From Candidatus Melainabacteria bacterium 17Bon1m (lineage in GTDB: Bacteria > Cyanobacteriota > Vampirovibrionia > Obscuribacterales > Obscuribacteraceae): a DNA stretch of 64,000 bases. Position numbers and translations under genes: made by a program. The notes beneath the pieces were generated by a model. It did no database searches. It worked only from the letters and a program-made list of their open reading frames with translations, and was not told the origin of the DNA. How positions within the stretch are numbered: the stretch's first letter is position 1; each line of letters starts with the position of its first letter. The stretch covers positions 224,001 to 288,000 of the forward strand of contig JAVLKG010000001.1 of the NCBI GenBank assembly GCA_032128875.1, given 5' to 3'. Positions 46,792-57,010 of the stretch are shown here, in pieces.

Positions 46792-47868
46792 CTATTTTTG
46801 TTTCGTTCTTTCTAATAATGCGTTGTAGTCATCTTGCCACTCAGGCTTCTGAGTGTTTTGCTGTTTCGCTCGCTTATCTACCGCAATATTGTAGATTTTC
46901 AACGCTTCCACATCATCGCGTTTCAGTTCACAAAAGCGCGCCATGGTAATGAACATTCGCTCGCTCTCGTTTGTGCGTTTCAACAATTCGTTTTTGATTG
47001 CGTTAAACGCATCGTATTTCCTTTGTTTTAAAAGGGCGTAAGCCAGCGCAATTTGAACGTCAGTCAATCCGGCATTTTCGTCCGTTAGTTCTTTGATGTG
47101 TGCACTCGATTTTTGCGCATAATCTTCCGCCAGCGAATAGTGCTTAGAACTGTTTGCAATGAGAGCCAATCTGTAGAGCCCAAGCGCAGCACGCACATCA
47201 CCTACGGGCATTTGTTGTGCTTCGCTCGCCAGCTTGTCTAGCGACTTTCCGAATTCTTCTAATGTGTCAACGCTTACATTGGAAGATGGATCTGCTTCGG
47301 GATTTTCTTCGTTAAGAGAGGTGAGCGGATCGCCATACTTCAGTTGCTCGCCATCCGCGATTGACTTGAATTCATCAAGTTGTTTCAGCGCCGCATCGAC
47401 GCCGTCACAGTGTTTCTTGAGCTGCGCAGTGTAATCTTTTGGCACCGTGTTGTTTATAAGCGATTCAATAATCGCTTTGGTATCAGTACTCGTTCCACCT
47501 GCGGTGGCATTTTGATTCTCAATTTCCTTCTCGAAAAATTGCTTGAGCATTTGCGGGCTTCTCGCGTACAATTCCGCGGAGTTTTTCGCGTAGTTCGGAT
47601 CCATAATCAATTCGAGTTGCATTCTGATCAACATCTCTCGAATGATTCGCGCACTCTCATCCGGATGTCCCGCCTTCAACTGCGCAAGAGCATTTTGAGC
47701 TTGCATGGCAGGTGTTGCCGGCACAGATAATGTTGGTCCAGGCGTCGTTTGTTCCGGTGTCGTTTGTTCAGGTGTCGCCGGCTCAGCCGCTGTCGCAATC
47801 GATAAAGCAAACGAGCAATAGAGCAATCCGCAAATCAGAGCCGTCAGTGTGCGTTGTTTGAACCGCAT
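46792..47868 (-). CDS. Secreted helical/TPR-like hypothetical protein
   Basis: GGAG RBS; signal peptide; TPEQT x2 linker. Confidence 0.65.
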   Translation of the reverse strand: MRFKQRTLTALICGLLYCSFALSIATAAEPATPEQTTPEQTTPGPTLSVPATPAMQAQNALAQLKAGHPDESARIIREMLIRMQLELIMDPNYAKNSAELYARSPQMLKQFFEKEIENQNATAGGTSTDTKAIIESLINNTVPKDYTAQLKKHCDGVDAALKQLDEFKSIADGEQLKYGDPLTSLNEENPEADPSSNVSVDTLEEFGKSLDKLASEAQQMPVGDVRAALGLYRLALIANSSKHYSLAEDYAQKSSAHIKELTDENAGLTDVQIALAYALLKQRKYDAFNAIKNELLKRTNESERMFITMARFCELKRDDVEALKIYNIAVDKRAKQQNTQKPEWQDDYNALLERTKQK

Positions 47869-47937
47869 GAATTCTCTCCCGAATGCACAGGGCATCAGGT
47901 AAGAATATAACAAACTCTTCGACAATGCGATTTTGAA

Positions 47938-48288
47938 TTAGCTCTCGTCGTCAATTGCCGGAGCGAGATCTCGAATCCTGCGTGTTGCAGACTCTCTACG
48001 TTGTGAGAGTTCGGATGGTGTCGAATTCAAAAACTGGAGTATAGAGTCCCAGATCCCGGAGACCGCGTTAGAAATTATGGATATTAGGTTCGCAAACGAA
48101 GGAACTGAATCTTTCCAATTTCGCTCGAGCCAGTTTGAATCAAGTTTTGGCATGTGCACAGTTTCTGGGAAATTCACAACTTCAAAGTCGGTGAATTCAC
48201 GACTTCCACACGTCCGGCAAATCTTGTTTTCGGCCAGTGTTCTGAACTGACACTTATTGCAAATTTTTATCTTCATTTTGGTAACCAC
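47938..48288 (-). CDS. Zinc-ribbon hypothetical protein
   Basis: CNKC...CRTCGS. Confidence 0.5.
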   Translation of the reverse strand: MVTKMKIKICNKCQFRTLAENKICRTCGSREFTDFEVVNFPETVHMPKLDSNWLERNWKDSVPSFANLISIISNAVSGIWDSILQFLNSTPSELSQRRESATRRIRDLAPAIDDES

Positions 48289-48409
48289 GTCACACTTTCA
48301 AGTTTGACTGCTGTGACCGCAACTTTGTTCCATGTTTATCTGCCCGTCACTTAAAGGGAACAAAATGCCCTGATCGCTTGTCTCCCAAGCGAAATTAAGG
48401 ATTAGTGCT

Positions 48410-48877
48410 ATGAGAAAGCAAAAACAAAGCGTTTTGTTTTTCAGTTGTCTATTGGTCGGGTTAACGTTTGCAATGGGTCAGCCATCATTTGCGGCGCGCC
48501 AAGACGACGGTGAAGACAAGCCGAGCAAGCTTTCGAGAATTTTTAGAGGTGTTGCATCCTTTTATGGAAAAAAGTTTCACGGAAAGAAGACCGCTTCAGG
48601 AAAGCCGTTTGACATGAATGCATTCACGTGCGCGCACCCGAGTTTGCCTTTCGGAACACCGGTGTTAGTGCAAAACGAGAGTAACGGTGCGCAGTGCCAA
48701 GTCGTTGTAACGGATAGGGGACCCTATGCACATAACCGATGCATCGATTTATCGAAAGCTGCTGCCAGAAGACTTGGTATCACCGGAGTAGCGAAGGTGG
48801 TCTGCAAGACTGGGCGCTTTATCAAGAATGGGCTCGACAGCGATGGACCGCCGAGACAAACGGCTTCCAGCAGATAG
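48410..48877 (+). CDS. rlpA: Septal ring lytic transglycosylase RlpA family
   Basis: GVASFYG, TASG, AHPSLPFGT, DRGPY, IDLSKAAA. Confidence 0.9.
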   Translation: MRKQKQSVLFFSCLLVGLTFAMGQPSFAARQDDGEDKPSKLSRIFRGVASFYGKKFHGKKTASGKPFDMNAFTCAHPSLPFGTPVLVQNESNGAQCQVVVTDRGPYAHNRCIDLSKAAARRLGITGVAKVVCKTGRFIKNGLDSDGPPRQTASSR

Positions 48878-48893
48878 AGCTTTTTCCCGTGAT

Positions 48894-49685
48894 TTACGCT
48901 GCTAGCTTTTCTTCCAAGAATTTTGAAAATTCAGTAAATGCGTCTTTCAAATCTTCGTAGTGTTCTGCTGCCTCAACCCAATCGCCGTCGCTGAGCATAT
49001 CGTTGAGCTCTCTGCAAAATTTGCAGATGGTGCGCGCACCCACGTCGGCGCTGGCTGAGTTCAACTCTTGCAAGACGCGGAAACACTGAAATTTGTCGTG
49101 CTCACTCAAAAGCTTCTCGAGCGTTTCCACGTAATTCTGAGCGCTGGTCAAGTAGTTGCGCAGCAAATTGCTGAAATTCTCATCACCGAAATTCTCGAGA
49201 ATTCGCTTCAAATCTTCAGGGTCAAGCCAGATGCCTTCGTAATGCGTGAGGTCGATATCCTCATTGCTCGCAGCTGTCTCCACGTTCTTCTGCAGCCAAT
49301 GATTGACCTTCACGTAGAGAAAGTCTCTATCGATGGGCTTTGCGATGTGGTCGTCCATGCCGGCGTCCAGGCATTTCTGCTTGTCAGCATCTGAAGAAAG
49401 CGCAGTGACCGCGATAATCGGCGTGTGCCCGCCGCTCGCTTTTTCCATCTGTCGGATGATTTGCGTAGCTTCGAGCCCGTCCATCTTAGGCATATGGACG
49501 TCCATCAGGATAAGGTTGTAATGGGTGCTTTTTACCGCCTCGACCGCTTCCCGCCCGTTTTCGACCGTGTCACAGTCGAAATTAAACTTGTCCAAAAGCA
49601 GCAGCAGCACCTTTGTGTTGACCTTATTGTCTTCGGCAATAAGTATTTTGGCTGGTGAGTCTTTTCCGGCGGTCGCTTCTGGCAT
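48894..49685 (-). CDS. Response regulator receiver + HPt-like domain
   Basis: ILIAEDN, LMDVHMPKMDG, GMDDHIAKP; C-terminal helical HPt-like region. Confidence 0.85.
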   Translation of the reverse strand: MPEATAGKDSPAKILIAEDNKVNTKVLLLLLDKFNFDCDTVENGREAVEAVKSTHYNLILMDVHMPKMDGLEATQIIRQMEKASGGHTPIIAVTALSSDADKQKCLDAGMDDHIAKPIDRDFLYVKVNHWLQKNVETAASNEDIDLTHYEGIWLDPEDLKRILENFGDENFSNLLRNYLTSAQNYVETLEKLLSEHDKFQCFRVLQELNSASADVGARTICKFCRELNDMLSDGDWVEAAEHYEDLKDAFTEFSKFLEEKLAA

Positions 49686-49881
49686 CCTGATTCGTCCGTT
49701 TGAGTTGCCAACCTTATACCAGATTTGGACTTTCCCTACCTTACCGTTGGGCTGAAGCGCACCCCTGTGGGCGTATGGAGCGTCACATCTTGTAGTGTTT
49801 GCCCGGCGGAGGCGCTCTAAAAAGTAAAGGGATCGCGGCTGGCTTTCTAATTTATGATTGTGCTTTTCAGGCGGTAATCCC

Positions 49882-50520
49882 ATGATCGTACAAAAGCAAG
49901 AGATTGATTTAGCGACCTGGGCGCGCGCCCCGCACTTTGAATTCTTTCGAGAATTTCTTGAACCCTGCTACGGCATTACTTTTCGCGTCGATTGCACCGA
50001 TGGTTACACGTATGCAAAGGCGAAAGGGTATTCATTCTTTCAATATTGTCTGTTCTGGACGCTGACGGCTGCGCAGAGCATTGAAGCGTTTAAGTTGCGC
50101 ATTGAAGAAGACAGGCTTGTTCGCTACGAGCGCCTTGATGCCGGCTCAGCCATTGATCGTCCAGATGGTACGTTTGGATTTGGGCATTTTTTATATGATG
50201 CAAATGGGACCAAGTTTTTGACAGAAGCGAAGGAGGAGGTCGCGCGTGTTCGCAATACAACTAAATTGCTGCGACCTGAGGTCAATAACATAATTCGTTA
50301 TTCGGCGTTGCCGTGGATCGATTTTACGTCTATTACTCATGCGCAGAAGTTCGCTCAAGCTGACAGCTGTCCGCGCATTACATTCGGCAAAATGACTGAG
50401 GTCAACGGATGCAGGAGCATGCCCATTGCTGTTCATGTCCACCATGCGCTTGTTGATGGTCGGGATGTGGGACTGTTTGTGGAAAAGCTCGAACAGTTCA
50501 AAATTAGCGACTATGAATAA
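49882..50520 (+). CDS. cat: Chloramphenicol acetyltransferase (CatA family)
   Basis: WARAPHFEFF, SALPWIDFTS, PRITFGK, VHHALVDG. Confidence 0.85.
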   Translation: MIVQKQEIDLATWARAPHFEFFREFLEPCYGITFRVDCTDGYTYAKAKGYSFFQYCLFWTLTAAQSIEAFKLRIEEDRLVRYERLDAGSAIDRPDGTFGFGHFLYDANGTKFLTEAKEEVARVRNTTKLLRPEVNNIIRYSALPWIDFTSITHAQKFAQADSCPRITFGKMTEVNGCRSMPIAVHVHHALVDGRDVGLFVEKLEQFKISDYE

Positions 50521-50645
50521 ATTGTTGCGTTCCGAATTCCTGCTGCAAAACCGGTTAGTATCAGATTAGACGCCGTGTTTTGAAGCGGCAAAACGTGCTC
50601 AAATGAGCCGTGTATTTGCGCGTCTGGAGTGCAATAGAAAAATAA

Positions 50646-51290
50646 ATGACAAGAAAACAAATGCAGATTGGTGCAATTTATTTGGATAAAAACAGCGGAA
50701 AGCCGCTGGTTGTCTTGCATGACCCGGAGGGTAAATTGATAATGCCGATTTGGGTCGGTATGTCTGAGGTGCGAGCGATTAGCTTGGCTGCAAGTAAGGA
50801 AGCCGCTAGTAATGGTGTGCCTGGGGACGAGTTGGGCGGTACGGAGTCCTCTAGAGCCGGCGAACCTAACGACGATGTGATGAGCGAAATCAGCAGCGGC
50901 GAATCATCGGGCCTGGCAGTGCCACGTCCTCGACCTTCTGTTTACGAAGTGTTTTTGTCGGCAGTTGAAACAATGGGCGGGCGTGTAAGAGAGGTTTCGA
51001 TCGAGGCGAACAAGGAAGATGTCTTCACCGCTTGGGTGAGTTTAGAACCGGCGTTTGACCCCGTGCCGATGGAAAACATAGTAGAGCGTATCGAGGCGCG
51101 CCCGGCAGATGCGGTTGTTCTCGCGAGTATTTCCGGAGCGCCGCTTTTCGTGTCGTCGGATTTGTTTGACCAGGCGGAAGTAAAAGCGCAGGCGCCGATG
51201 GATGAAAAAGAAACTGAGAAATTCAAAGAGTTTCTCAAAGATCTCAAACCATCCGATTTTGCAAAGTACATTGGAAGAGATCCGGAATAA
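50646..51290 (+). CDS. Bifunctional nuclease family (DUF151) protein
   Basis: MPIWVG..E.RAI, PRP, ARPADAVVLA, FKEFLKDLKPSDF. Confidence 0.8.
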   Translation: MTRKQMQIGAIYLDKNSGKPLVVLHDPEGKLIMPIWVGMSEVRAISLAASKEAASNGVPGDELGGTESSRAGEPNDDVMSEISSGESSGLAVPRPRPSVYEVFLSAVETMGGRVREVSIEANKEDVFTAWVSLEPAFDPVPMENIVERIEARPADAVVLASISGAPLFVSSDLFDQAEVKAQAPMDEKETEKFKEFLKDLKPSDFAKYIGRDPE

Positions 51291-51387
51291 GACAACCAAT
51301 GGACTGAACCTTAACGTCGGCAGGATGCCTTCTGCAGGCGAAAAGATGGCGGTCTAAGAACAAGCCGGGCGATGTATGTCATCGCCC

Positions 51388-52611
51388 TTACGCTTTGACT
51401 AACAGGTGTTTTGGTCCGCGAAGCGCGAGTGGGAATTTGAAGTCCACTTGCTGATCAACCATTTTTAGATTTGGGAAATTGGAGAACAGGCTCGTCAATG
51501 CAATTTCGCATTCCGCCTCGGCAAGTGAGGCACCGATGCATCTGTGGATGCCTTCACTAAAGCTGATGTGTCGGTTATGGGCGCGCGTAATATCGAAGAC
51601 ATGTGCGTCTTTGAATTCTTTGTCATCGCGATTTGCACTTCCCAGGAGTATCCAAACCATATCTCCTGCCTTTATTGTTTTGCTGCCGACTACGACGTCC
51701 TTGTTGGCGAGACGTGGTACCGCTTGCGCTGGACCGTCATAGCGTAAAACCTCTTGTACTGCGGAAGTGACCAGCTGTGGGTTTTCTATTAACTTGGCTA
51801 ATTGTTCCGGATTACGCGTCAGGTTTAGAACCGCATTTGATATCAGGTTGACGGTGGTTTCTTGTCCGGCAACCAAAAACAGAATCAAGTTGCTGAGCAG
51901 CTCTGCGGTGTTTAAGCGACTGCCTTCTTCCTCTGCACTGATAAGCATGCTGAGCATGTCATCGCGTAAATCTTTTCGTCGTTCTTCGATCAGTGGTGTC
52001 AGATATCTTCGCAGTTCGATAATTGCGCTTCCACTGGTCCAAACCGAAGGGAAAGAACGATTGCCACCAGCGATAGAAACGAGCATGTTTGACCATTTCT
52101 TCAGGAGCTCGCGGTCCGACACGGGGATACCCATGATCAGCGCTATAACTGTAAGCGGAAGTGGAAATGCGTAGTCAGCAACCAGGTCAAACTCGCCTTT
52201 CTCCTTGGCGATGTTGATGAGTTCGACGGCGGTCTCTTCTATCTCCGGTTTTAATCGATTCACCGTAGATGGTGCAAAAGTTCGTCCGACCAAGGATCTT
52301 ACGCGGGTGTGGTCTGGGGGATTGAGGTTGAGCAACCAGCTGCTTGATGTTTCGCGCAAAGCTTTGAACGGTGGGAAAAACAATGCCCACTTTGGATTGG
52401 GCGAATGCTTCCACCTCTGGATTTGTTTCTCAAAATCAGAGCTTCGCAGAATTAACTGTGCCTCTGCATATGTGCTTACAATCCAGACCTTCGAGGCACC
52501 ACACCACCACACAGGTTCTGCTGCACGCAGGCGGCTATACAAGGGGTATGGATCGTTGAGCTCGGCTTGAGCGCGAATGGTTAGTGGGTTTTTCAACGCA
52601 ATGGCAGGCAT
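51388..52611 (-). CDS. Cytochrome P450
   Basis: AGQETT, EVLR, SANRD, FSEGIHRCIG heme motif. Confidence 0.95.
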   Translation of the reverse strand: MPAIALKNPLTIRAQAELNDPYPLYSRLRAAEPVWWCGASKVWIVSTYAEAQLILRSSDFEKQIQRWKHSPNPKWALFFPPFKALRETSSSWLLNLNPPDHTRVRSLVGRTFAPSTVNRLKPEIEETAVELINIAKEKGEFDLVADYAFPLPLTVIALIMGIPVSDRELLKKWSNMLVSIAGGNRSFPSVWTSGSAIIELRRYLTPLIEERRKDLRDDMLSMLISAEEEGSRLNTAELLSNLILFLVAGQETTVNLISNAVLNLTRNPEQLAKLIENPQLVTSAVQEVLRYDGPAQAVPRLANKDVVVGSKTIKAGDMVWILLGSANRDDKEFKDAHVFDITRAHNRHISFSEGIHRCIGASLAEAECEIALTSLFSNFPNLKMVDQQVDFKFPLALRGPKHLLVKA

Positions 52612-52703
52612 GGAATTTTGGTCTGCTAGATAACAGTCCAAGTTTACTCCACTGCCGGAGGTCGTCCGTTAGATGTGTGTAACCGACGGCGATACTACGA
52701 ACA

Positions 52704-52913
52704 TTAGCGTGCAGAGCGGTCATCCTTGGGTGAAGTCCTCGGGTTGAGAACGTCAACAGTATCGCTTTGGACTGCTGTTCCATCCTCGGAATAACCCTTC
52801 GTCGGGTTGCCCGGAGACTTTGGCCACAGAACGGCAAGCGCCATTACAAATATGAACGCGACTGACATTAAGATCATGCCTAACGGCGCACGGCTATCAT
52901 TTGCTACTTTCAT
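52704..52913 (-). CDS. Small membrane protein
   Basis: GAGGTG RBS; single TM helix. Confidence 0.5.
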   Translation of the reverse strand: MKVANDSRAPLGMILMSVAFIFVMALAVLWPKSPGNPTKGYSEDGTAVQSDTVDVLNPRTSPKDDRSAR

Positions 52914-53008
52914 CTTTCACCTCAAGTTTTGTACTTACAAGCTTTGCCTTTTGTTGACCCAACGCTGTGAAATTGGTTCCTCTTCAAGTTTTTTCGCATG
53001 TAGAACCG

Positions 53009-53527
53009 CTAGCTAGCTCTGCGTCGCCTTTTCGCCTCTTCTACCTTCTTATTCTCTGCCAGCCTGGTCAGTCGTATTTTTCTTCGTTGTACTTTCTCTG
53101 CCAGAGCATCGAGATCAACATTAGCTCGTTTCAGTTTTGGCAATAATTCTTTTTCTTCTTCTTCCACGTGGTGCTCGATCATTTCCTTCAGAACTGCGAC
53201 TTTTGCACCGAAGTTGATTTCAAAACCGTCCATTTGAATCAGGTCAGCAAGCAGAACTTTTACAAGTTTGTGCTCTTCAAACGCTTCGATGGTTTTTTCT
53301 TCCAGAATTTCTATGATCTCCGGATAAACCATGTCCTCTTCAATCAGGCTGTGAATGGTAAGCTCCGTAACAATTTCATTTACCAAACTTTTCTGCTTCT
53401 CTATTGATTCAGCTTTGTCAAATTCGTTAAAAAGTTGTTTTACTTTGCGGTGATCTGCCTTTAGCATTGTCACGATTTTAGGTTCACTGAAAATTGACCG
53501 CACAGCGTTACTAATGTCGTTATCCAT
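53009..53527 (-). CDS. Hemerythrin domain protein
   Basis: DHRKV, HSLIEE, EEH, HHVEEEE. Confidence 0.9.
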   Translation of the reverse strand: MDNDISNAVRSIFSEPKIVTMLKADHRKVKQLFNEFDKAESIEKQKSLVNEIVTELTIHSLIEEDMVYPEIIEILEEKTIEAFEEHKLVKVLLADLIQMDGFEINFGAKVAVLKEMIEHHVEEEEKELLPKLKRANVDLDALAEKVQRRKIRLTRLAENKKVEEAKRRRRAS

Positions 53528-53776
53528 ATGGTTTCCTCTTCATTTTGGCTTGCTCAAAAGGAGACCTGAGAAGCTGTCGAATGTTCCTATTTCGTCTAAT
53601 TCGAGTGTCACATTTGGATGCCTGCCCACCGATTTAGCTGTCGGTTTGCCTTGTGTACTTGGAGCTTAAAGTGTGGGCTCAAGCGTTGGGTCTATGTGTT
53701 CACAAGATTTGTACTGTTCTAGTTTCCAGGTTGTTTGAATAGTGGACTGATCTGAAGTTTCCCGCTATCCTCTCTG

Positions 53777-55141
53777 ATGTTTTCCCAAAAAGAGATAAGA
53801 ATCATGAGAACGAACAATGTGAAACGCCAAGCGACGTTGGTTCATGTATTAATGCTCTTCTTTTGGGTCTGCTCGTTGAGTTGCATGCGCCCCCAATCGG
53901 TACTTGCAGTGACACCGACGTCCGATGTGCTAAGTGATGGTGAAAGAACCACAGATCCCTGGTCGACAAATGGGAAATCTCAGGAAGAATATAAGCAGCT
54001 TTTGTCCATTCGAACTCATAGCCTAAAGCTTAATCCAAAAAATCCAACTGAGCTAAATGCCAGAGCTGATGCGTATTTACATTTGAAAATGTCTAAAGAA
54101 GCTTACGACGACGCTAATGCCTCCATCTCGCTCAAATCTAAAGATCCAGAGTTGGTTGAGAAAGCTTTCTGCATTAGAGGGCAAGCTCAAATACAGCAAC
54201 AACAGTACAATCGCGCACTTGATGATTTGAATAAAGCCTGCTCTTTGGATAATGAAAGTGGAGAAGCGTTTTATTTTCGTGGGATGGCGAAAGAAAAGCT
54301 TGGACAGTTGGCTGAAGCAATCAAGGATTATGCGAGTGCGCGGTCGTTCGGATATACCGCAAAAGGTTTCGACGTAGACTTTTCTCGTTTCATGGAAACG
54401 ATGCAGCGCCAAATCAAAAAGGGTTGGTTTCCGCCAAAAGGAGAGGAGAGCAAGAGAGTAGTAACTGTTTTCAAATTGGCTCGTAACGGAAGTATGTCAG
54501 ATTTGAGAATCAGCCAATCTTCTGGCGTTGCTGCTGTGGATGCAGCTGCGAAAAGAGCTGTTGAAAGTGCGTTTCCTTTTGGACGACTGCCGCTTGGTGT
54601 CCCGAGACATGTTGACGTTGAATTCAAGTTTGACTACAACGTCTTCAGTGGAGGCGATCGTATTTCTGGTGTCAAAACAACTGCTCCTCCAGCAGGTTTT
54701 TCATATCTTGACCATACAACTAAGCAATGGAATCAAGCAGAAAGCGATGCTATGAAGGAAATGCAGGAAGCTCAAAAGAAAAATGATGATACAGCATTAT
54801 GGAGAGCGCAGTTGAAACTTGCTGACATTTACTCTGATAGAGGTAAGTATGAAGCCGCAATAGCGCTGTATCAGGGAGCGTTGCAAGCGTTGAAAAAGGA
54901 TCCAGCCAAGAACTGGGATTACGGTAAAGCTCTCGGGCATTTGGCAATTGTTTACTCACTTCAAGGCAAAAATGCTGAAGCAATGCTTCAGTTTGAGAAT
55001 TCGCTTTATGTGATAGATAAGGAGCCGGGATATCCCCAACATGAAGATGTTGTGCGAATCTTAAAAGAGTACGCGAAAGTTCTCTATAAATCGAACAAGA
55101 GAGAGGAAGCCAACAAAATCTATGCGCGATTGAAAAAATAA
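53777..55141 (+). CDS. TPR + TonB C-terminal domain protein
   Basis: TPRs flanking QRQIKKGWFPP...SSG...DAAAKRAV...PFGRLP...EFKFDY. Confidence 0.8.
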   Translation: MFSQKEIRIMRTNNVKRQATLVHVLMLFFWVCSLSCMRPQSVLAVTPTSDVLSDGERTTDPWSTNGKSQEEYKQLLSIRTHSLKLNPKNPTELNARADAYLHLKMSKEAYDDANASISLKSKDPELVEKAFCIRGQAQIQQQQYNRALDDLNKACSLDNESGEAFYFRGMAKEKLGQLAEAIKDYASARSFGYTAKGFDVDFSRFMETMQRQIKKGWFPPKGEESKRVVTVFKLARNGSMSDLRISQSSGVAAVDAAAKRAVESAFPFGRLPLGVPRHVDVEFKFDYNVFSGGDRISGVKTTAPPAGFSYLDHTTKQWNQAESDAMKEMQEAQKKNDDTALWRAQLKLADIYSDRGKYEAAIALYQGALQALKKDPAKNWDYGKALGHLAIVYSLQGKNAEAMLQFENSLYVIDKEPGYPQHEDVVRILKEYAKVLYKSNKREEANKIYARLKK

Positions 55142-55205
55142 TGTGTTCACTGCGCCGGCTTTTGTAGCGCGTTAGAATTCGATTCTAGTTTTCGATTGAA
55201 AGATC

Positions 55206-56774
55206 TTAGCCTGCCACCACGGGCAATGCATCGCAGACGAACTTGGTTTCGTCCTCAGCATCAAACGCCGGATCTATGGCAAGCAGTTTTTCGTGCACCA
55301 CTTTCTCTTCATCGTGACGTTTGAGCTTGTGCAAGCAGAGTCTCAATCCAATGAGACTTTCTACAAGATCGACCGCCTTTTTCCCAAGGAATTCTTCTTG
55401 CATGCCGATGAGTTTTGTAAATTCACGTTCGGCTTCTTCAAAGTTTTCCTCTCTGCATAAGAGCACTGCATAGATATATAAGCATTCAGAGCAATAGAAG
55501 TAGTCTAATTTCTCGCTGCCGTTTTCAATTGATTTCTCATAGTGTTCTATCGCTTTCTTTGCGCATGTCATTGCTTCTTTGAGCATGCCCAGCTCGAACG
55601 CAGTTTTGGCAAAATTCGAATAACTGTTGAATAGACTGTCGAAATCATCGCTCTGCTGTTTATCGAGCCAAGCGACCTTCTTTTCAAAAATAGTCTTCAT
55701 GTCAGTGAGAGACTCGCCAGCTTCGAGAAGAACCGCGCCGAGCATTTTCGCTGTGAGGAGGAACATATCCCCGCCATCATTCAGCATTTCAGCTTCACGC
55801 AAAGCGGTTTTGAATGCTTTCTTTGTTGATTTGAAATCTTCTCTGCGAAGATGTGTGTCCGCGAGTTCCATCTCGCGCTGCCACTTTTTGAAACGAATCT
55901 CGTCTTGCACTTCTTCTGCACCGTAAAGAAGGTGCTTCGTATCAAAGATTTTTGACAGCCACTCTAGCGCACCAGGAGTCTGCTTCCACGCGGGCATTGA
56001 GATAAGGGCAAATTGTTCGTCCCAGTCTGTGAGCAAACTATCCGCATCCGTATGCTCTTCTTCGTCCATTTCATCGAGCTCATCTGTGAGGATGACGGCA
56101 ATCATCACACTATCGTTTAGCGCGACGGAAAGGGCACTGCGCGATTGAATGCAATCACCCATCTCCTTAAATTTCACGAGCGCATTCATGTAGTACCAAT
56201 GTGCGAGCGGCACTGGATCTCTTTCTACTTCCGCGCGCGCCTCTGCGGTTTTGTTTGCGCAAATCAACTGCGTTGTTAGTGCCACGAATAGTGCGTCTAG
56301 GTTGTCTTGATTCAACCACAGTAGATCTGTGCTGGACTGCAGCTCTTGCAATTCTTTGAGTGCTTCTTCCTGCTTGCCATTTCTCAACAGGGCGTCAGCA
56401 AATTCGAGGGTAATGGCGGCATAGATCATGTCACCTTTGAGACTGTTACCTTTAGTGGTTTTGAACTGTTGGTCGATGCTGTTTTTCTGTGCTTCTCGGT
56501 AGTGTTTTTCCTTCTCGGAAAACTTATCGCTGGAGCGTGCCAACACGAGATTCGCTATGCCCAAATCTGGCTTGCCATCCTTCAAAATCCGATTAGCAAT
56601 GTCGATCCGCTTTGCGCTATCAGGTTCGCCCATGAGCGTGAGGATGTCTTCTGATGCGTCGGCAAGCTCTTTGCTGTCAGGATCGGAGTTGTCGAACAGC
56701 TCGAAAAATCTGAATGCTTCGGTTTCTGCGGCACCACGCCAAAATTCTTCAACCGGGGAAACGGTATTTGCCAT
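55206..56774 (-). CDS. TPR-like helical repeat protein
   Basis: 522-aa acidic helical ORF. Confidence 0.6.
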   Translation of the reverse strand: MANTVSPVEEFWRGAAETEAFRFFELFDNSDPDSKELADASEDILTLMGEPDSAKRIDIANRILKDGKPDLGIANLVLARSSDKFSEKEKHYREAQKNSIDQQFKTTKGNSLKGDMIYAAITLEFADALLRNGKQEEALKELQELQSSTDLLWLNQDNLDALFVALTTQLICANKTAEARAEVERDPVPLAHWYYMNALVKFKEMGDCIQSRSALSVALNDSVMIAVILTDELDEMDEEEHTDADSLLTDWDEQFALISMPAWKQTPGALEWLSKIFDTKHLLYGAEEVQDEIRFKKWQREMELADTHLRREDFKSTKKAFKTALREAEMLNDGGDMFLLTAKMLGAVLLEAGESLTDMKTIFEKKVAWLDKQQSDDFDSLFNSYSNFAKTAFELGMLKEAMTCAKKAIEHYEKSIENGSEKLDYFYCSECLYIYAVLLCREENFEEAEREFTKLIGMQEEFLGKKAVDLVESLIGLRLCLHKLKRHDEEKVVHEKLLAIDPAFDAEDETKFVCDALPVVAG

Positions 56775-56859
56775 CGCTGCTCTCCGCTGGGCGAAAGGGA
56801 AGTATAAGGCAACTATTGTACGCTGTTGGCAGCGTTGGGGCGATGACGCGCATTATTTT

Positions 56860-56933
56860 AGCGTGGGGGCGCGTTGCACGCGCTCTGTTTTCTAGATGCA
56901 TCCAAGCCGGGCGACGCATGGCTTCGCCTCTAC
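56860..56933. repeat. REP-like pair
   Basis: AGCGTGGGGGCGCGTTGCACGCGC (matches 9464) and GGGCGACGCATGGCTTCGCCTCTAC. Confidence 0.7.
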
Positions 56934-57010
56934 AATCGCCGCTGTAATAGCCAAGAGGCTAGAATAACAACGATTTCGCCCGATTCTTAGGCAAATAGAG
57001 AACTGAAAAC

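Noticed and set aside
51388-52611. P450 as part of the RiPP pathway
   Set aside because: About 34 kb away, with no adjacent precursor-like ORF or other linkage
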